From the NCBI RefSeq assembly GCF_001194135.2, contig NC_068996.1, positions 40,440,321 to 40,483,236 of the forward strand: a stretch of DNA of 42,916 nt, given 5' to 3'. The notes under the pieces were generated by a model. It was not told the origin of the DNA. It did no database searches and saw nothing but the letters and a program-made list of their open reading frames with translations. Both the position numbers and the translations under genes were made by a program. Position 1 is the stretch's first letter; each line of letters opens with the position of its first letter. Source of the DNA: Octopus bimaculoides (lineage: Eukaryota). Below, piece by piece: positions 37,563-42,916 of the stretch.

Positions 37563-37885
37563 TTAATTAGTTAGTTAATTAGTTAGTTCTCTCTGTGCCA
37601 TGAGGCACATCAGGTCACAACACAATTGTTCCAACCAGCACTGACTTCTGCCACTGCTCTGGTCCCATTCCAGCTTCTTCCTGCTTCTCATTTCTTTCCC
37701 TTGACAATGGTCCTTTGCCATGTGGTTTTACAGAGCACTCCTACTCTTTCCCCTTTGGGTGGCCACTTTAGTGTGCCACCGTACAATCACTTTCTCAATC
37801 TTGCCTGAAGACTTGTCTGATCCAGTTCCAGCATCTATGTCTTGTTTTGTCACTGATCCTGTTGGTTCTGACTCTCTGTAAACTG
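37563..37885 (-). mobile_element. RTE-clade LINE 3' end with (TAAC)n tail
   Basis: Frameshifted minus-strand translation RCWNWIRQVFRQD*ESDCTVALKWPPKG..KTTWQRTIVK...DQS.WQKSV matches the RTE C-terminal pattern RW.WIGH.LR..AL.W.P.GKR..GRPK.TW. The tail is tagttagttaattagttagtt on the + strand. Confidence 0.7.
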
Positions 37886-39068
37886 AATACAAATATTGCA
37901 AAGGGAAATCAACTTTGCCTTTCATCCTTTTGTGGTAGTGCCATTTTTTAAGGCATGAAGATACTGGGCAGTCACACCAGGGGTTTCATGAGTCTAAGGG
38001 GTCCAATTCTGATCTGTGTATCTTGTGGTTGGTTTTACAATAAATAAATAAATACAATACCAATACGCTGAATTGCCCAGGCCAATAATTATAGAGAACC
38101 AATCCCAAGCAGTAGATTCATGGAGTTGTTAGATCTTTGGATAGAAATGCCTTGTGGTATCTGTTCCCATCCTTTGTGTTTTTACAGCATTGTCTGTAAT
38201 GAAATTGGTGCTAAGCTGTACCGACCCTAAAACAGTGCCCTTTCCTTTCGACAATATTGGTGGTGTGAAGAGCAGAGACTTGCAAGTACCAGCAACTACC
38301 AGATTTCCCTCAAAAAAACTTTGTCCAGGCCAGTAGATACTTGTGGCCGATAGAAGTTCTGTACTCAGATATTGGGGTTGATGTTTCTTCTTTCTTTCTG
38401 TCTCCTCCCCTAGGCCTCCTCTCTTCCTTGCAATAAAACGGGGATGTGGTAGATTACTGACACACTGACAATGTCTGTGACCCAAGGAAGGATAGGTGAC
38501 CCTATTGGCATAATTTAAAAAAAATATCAATCTCTTCCATGCATATAGGCTTGTCTTTTTAGGTGTTGGTGCCACATAAAAAGTGCCTGTGTCTGTGATG
38601 CATAAATGCACCCATGACAGTGGCATGTAAAAAGCACCCAACATACTCTGTTAGCATTAGGAAGGGAATCCAGCCATAACAGACCATGCCACAACAGTCA
38701 GTTGGAATCTGGACAGCTCTCTGTTAGCCAGCTCCATGCCAAATCATCCAACCCATACCAGCATCGAAAGCAGAAGTTAAACAACGATAATGATGATGAT
38801 GATGATGATGATGAGGATGATGATGATGATGAAATAATCTAACAGGTTCAGAAGAGCTGTCTCCACTCCAAGAATTGTTGGTTGCAGATGATGAGGATTA
38901 TATTTCTATCTTGGTGCATGGTTTTTGCTATGATTCTAAGAGAAATCTATTTGATTCTTATTTGTCTTAATTAAGTTTAAGAGAAAATTATTTGAAGTGT
39001 GCAATTTCAGTTTGATATTTTTGCTAGGAATACTATACTCATAACTAATTAAAATGGAAGCTGGATAT

Positions 39069-40216
39069 TTAACCCAATGACATTTTAACTGGCCATATTA
39101 TCGGGTTCAAATATTGTGAGTTCAAACTGGATAAATCTGGCCTGTCACACTTAAAATGTTAAAAGGTTAAACCAGCCACAACCAGCCCAAATATTCTACC
39201 AAGATCTGGCCTCTCTCATCTATCCTATCTTGAAACTATGAGATAATACATGATTAATTCAAAACAAGGTGAATAAATAAGCATTACATTTGACAGAATA
39301 ATCTGAATGCTAAGGGTTAATAACAGCCATATCCAGCCCAAATATTTTACCTGTTTTATGTGCAAACTGATCAGATTCGACCTCTCACACCTACCCTACA
39401 ATACCATTCTAAATCTAAACAATCATATCATTGAGATCTCAAAGCAATGAGATAAGCTATGATTGATTCAAATCAATGTGGATAAATAAATATTACATTT
39501 GATAGAGTAATCTGAATGCTAAAAGGGTTAAACCAGCCAAACCCAGCCCAGATATTCTACCTGTTTTATGTTCCAAATGACAAGATCTGGCCTCTAACAC
39601 CTACCCTAAAACTAAACAATCACATCATTGAAATCTTGAAGCTACGAGATAATGCATGATTGATTCAAAACAATGTAAATAAATACCATAAATCCTCGAG
39701 TATAATCTGCATTTTTCCCCAAAATTTAAAGGTCAAAATCCCTAGTGCGTACTATATACGAGGTTAAAAATGAAAAATATTTTCTCAGCAATGTCCGAGT
39801 CTCTATATGCTGTTCGGCAATGTTTATTCAGACGCATTTTGTGATGTCTGGCTTGTAACTGATAGTGATAAATATGTAAAGGCAATTTACTTAATATTTA
39901 TTTTTCACTGACGTTATTACTGTTATTTCTTTATTTTCTGCAAACAAAGTGCACAAAAAAGCTACACGTTTGCATTATGTTATATATACAATAATAATAA
40001 AGGACGTTACCGTATATACGTTTACAAACCAAGGACATTATATAGACCTCCTTGACTCAAGTTAGAGAAGGGGTGCATATTATACACAAGGTTTAGGTCT
40101 TTCAGAGGTACAGCCCCTTAAAAATCCCCTGCATTTTATACTCAAGGGCAGACTATATTCGAGGATTTACGGTAAACATTACATTTGACAAAGAAATCTA
40201 AATGCTAAAAAAGTTG
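39069..40216 (+). repeat. Head-to-tail array of 4 piggyBac-like MITE-derived units
   Basis: Units end in aatg(c/t)taaa(a/g)ggTTAA at 39170, 39320 and 39531, and in a degenerate form at about 40216. Only the first unit has a left TTAACCC end. The last unit is split by a 487-bp insertion. Confidence 0.7.
39686..40172. mobile_element. 487-bp Tc1/mariner-pogo(Tigger)-type MITE
   Basis: TIRs CCATAAATCCTCGAGTATAATCTGC versus (reverse complement) CCGTAAATCCTCGAATATAGTCTGC, 22/25 matching. TA TSD at 39684-85 and 40173-74. Excision restores the host unit aataaata|aacattacatttgac. Confidence 0.9.
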
Positions 40217-41244
40217 AAGACGGTTTCAAATGATATACTAAGACTTTGTAAGTTAATACCATTACCGTGTGCAATTAGTAGCATGTAATCAATTGAAAAA
40301 AAAACAAAAAAACAATTGCTATTATTATATTTGTGTCTGTGGTGTAAGTACTGATATTTAGAAACAACTACATTGACTAGTGGCAAGTTGAGCTTGGAAA
40401 GTACAAATTAACATGGCTAGTGACCATATGTACTTTATGAAATGAGTGTCACCTGACCAACATAACGCTTATGTTTGGTGTTCATGTGTGAGTGTGTGTG
40501 TGTGTATGTGTGTGTGTATGCGTGTGTGTATATATGAGTGTGCATGTGTGATAAACACCAAAATACAAATTCTGTTTGTATGAGTGTTCGTTAATTACAG
40601 ACGAAAGAATGCATAGTAAATATAAAATGCTTCAATCCATGTATTCTTGGACATGAGTTTTTTTTTCATTTTTCTTTTTTCTTTTTTTCTTCTTCTTTTT
40701 TTTTGTCTGAAAAATAATCCAAGCAAACCTGATCCTTAGAAAGGATAAAAAGGATAAAGATCCTTTCTGAGAGTTATAGATTCATAGGGCTAATTTCCTG
40801 GTTTCCATGGTGAATACAGTCCCTGCTGAATGGGGTAATAGACCAGTGCAGAATTACTCATTTTTGCCAGCTGAGTGGACTGGAGCAATGTGAAATGAAG
40901 TGTCTTGCTCAAGAACATAACACATCACAAGGTCAAGGAATTGAAACCACAATCTAATGATCATGTGTCCAACACCCTAACAACTAAGCCATGTGCTTCC
41001 AAGACCCCTAGAAAGATCAAAACTGAAGAATTTTATTGCTTTTATACCAATACTTAAAAAAACCCATGTGTATTGTTAATAACAAAAAAACAAAAAACAA
41101 AAAGAATGTACAAAGCCACAAATATATATATATAAAACACCTACACAAACATATGCATACTTACATACACACATACATACAAACATTCATTCATACATAC
41201 ATATATGCATACATACATACATACATACATACATCGATGTGCAT

Positions 41245-42335
41245 CCCTTGACTAAGTTTGCATACATGAAGCTGATAGCATCATAAGACATGGAAGGCAG
41301 CTCCTTGAGTAATATTCCTTGTCTGATAACCTTAAATACTTGCCCAAAGAAGTCGCACAACTTTACCGCAACATATCAGATGAAAGGATGAGCATATATG
41401 AGCAGAAGACCATGCATGGATATGTTAGTAGAAAGCTCCGTGATGATAGTAACATTGATCATTAAACCAGTTTATCACGGACCAATAACCAGATCACTAC
41501 CTCCCACTTTGAAGGGTATGTGTTTGCAATCCAGGAACAAGAAATATCAACCAAATACCTGATGCTCAAAAGGGTTGGAGATGCAGGAAAAGCAGTAAAA
41601 TGTGACAACTGATGCAGACTTTGTGGAGTTAGCACCGAAGATATCACCCACATCATAAGCAGTTGTCTGAAAATGTCATCACAGTGTTATCTATCAATGA
41701 GATATGGCGTTGTAGCTAGGACGCTCTATAATGAAATATGTCGGAAAGATAATCCCGAGGACAAAGAAATAAGAATCCACAATATGAAGCCATAGCCACT
41801 CATAATAAAAAAGGAATATTGGTGGAATGTACTAGTGAAGACCTCAATAAAATGTAAGCACAACAGACCTGATATAATGATTTGGGATAGAGAAGAGAAA
41901 CTGTGCACACTTGTGGAAATTAGCTGCCCAGCTGATGTTAACATAAAGCTGAAGATTAGTTAAAAAGACAACATCTATGCTGAACTAGTGAACTGTTACT
42001 CTATCCAGATTACAAGTTCAGGTTTATACCTGTAATTATTGGGGCCCTGGGATATGTAACACACTGCCTAAATACCAATCTTGAGAAATTAGGCTTCTCA
42101 AAACCAGAAAGGAGAAAGCTGATTCGATGACTACAGATCCAATACATCAGTGGAACTGTAAAAATCTGTAAAACTTTCCAGAAGTTTATCATTTAAATAT
42201 ATACAAGCATGTCTAGATATACAACTATATGCATGAGAATACATAGATAAAACAAAACATACGAATCTGCACATATACATACACACATACATACATACAT
42301 ACATTCATGCATACATACATACATACATACATATG
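41245..42335 (+). mobile_element. 5'-truncated RLE-type non-LTR retrotransposon (R4/Dong-like): CCHC knuckle, restriction-like endonuclease and 3'UTR
   Basis: Translates KTMHGY...HFEGYVFAIQEQEISTKYL; CRLCGVSTEDITHIISSC (41613-41666); MRYGVVA; WWNV..KTSIKCKHNRPDIMIWD..LVEISCPADVNI..KDNIY; IIGALG; GTVKICK; stop at 42194-42196. This is the PD-(D/E)xK RLE layout. (TACA)n tracts lie on both sides. Confidence 0.85.
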
Positions 42336-42916
42336 TATATAAAAGAGACCACTAAGTGGACTGCTAATGTGCTTGAAGAAGATCACTTAAAAATTCTCAA
42401 AGAAAATTCAGCGGAGCAAAAACAGGCAGGCAAGACTAGTGAAAATTATAAATACCTAGGTTATCTGTAGACCATGGTTTCAAAATCAACACTTTCTTAA
42501 CGAAAGTATCTGTTTTTCCTCAGTACAGACTGCCATAATGATTATAATCCAACAGAACCTCGTGCTAGTTGTCTCCAATGAATGAAAACATGTGCACGGG
42601 ATTCTATTGATTATAAAGAGTAATATTCAAAAGTCTTAGTTTTAGCGCGCTAAATCCGGAAATATCTCTGCAGAAAATAATTTTTACATTGAATTTACCA
42701 GCTTTGAGAAACGTGATTATGGTTAATTAACATAGAAGGGTAAAAAATTTGATATTAATTAATATACATACATACATACATACATACATACATACATGCA
42801 TACATACATACATACATACATACATACATACATACATACATACATACATAAATACAAACAAAAATACCCTGTTGATGTTGTTGAAATTCCAATGAAGGAG
42901 TCTTAGATCTAGGTTA

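Noticed and set aside
38150-38340. Exon-like segment after tttttacAG (60-aa ORF ...CTDPKTVPFPFDNIGGVKSRDLQ)
   Set aside because: No recognisable domain. A superficial similarity to tubulin (CNEIGAKL) ends in a stop within a few codons.
42855-42916. Start of a repeat (aaataccctgttgatgttgttgaaattccaatgaaggag...ctaggtta) that might be the R4-like element's terminal UTR or contain another ribozyme-like motif
   Set aside because: Truncated by the window end, so the structure cannot be evaluated.

Overview
Eukaryotic, AT-rich, repeat-dominated genomic DNA from a gapped scaffold assembly, with many N-runs bordered by (CA)n, (TA)n or (GA)n microsatellites. The tRNA-derived SINE families look like octopus/coleoid cephalopod SINEs; this taxon call is from recall and was not searched. 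I found one host protein-coding gene: a single-repeat beta-thymosin on the + strand, 41 aa ([33 protein letters not shown]|IIEQEKSN), whose two coding exons (18047-18146 and 29699-29724) are separated by an 11.55-kb phase-1 intron. Almost everything else is mobile-element derived: Tx1/L1-like LINE fragments, many SINEs, RTE 3' ends, an internally deleted Helitron just upstream of the thymosin exon, a mariner relic, MITEs with hAT-, piggyBac- and pogo-like ends, and an R4/Dong-like RLE retrotransposon 3' part. The most notable structure is a ~4.8-kb Penelope-like element (RT + GIY-YIG) inside the thymosin intron. It has ~0.9-1.0-kb inverted pseudo-LTR arms, and its sense arm is bounded by two minimal hammerhead-ribozyme-like motifs. 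Two further families of variant minimal hammerhead-like motifs occur elsewhere, one in a ~130-bp tandem array. There is also a near-perfect 144-bp inverted repeat pair enclosing 1.5 kb of older-looking DNA. Most long entries in the ORF track are artefacts of N-gaps and microsatellites. Boundaries of degenerate repeats are approximate, and no alignment, folding or database search was run.
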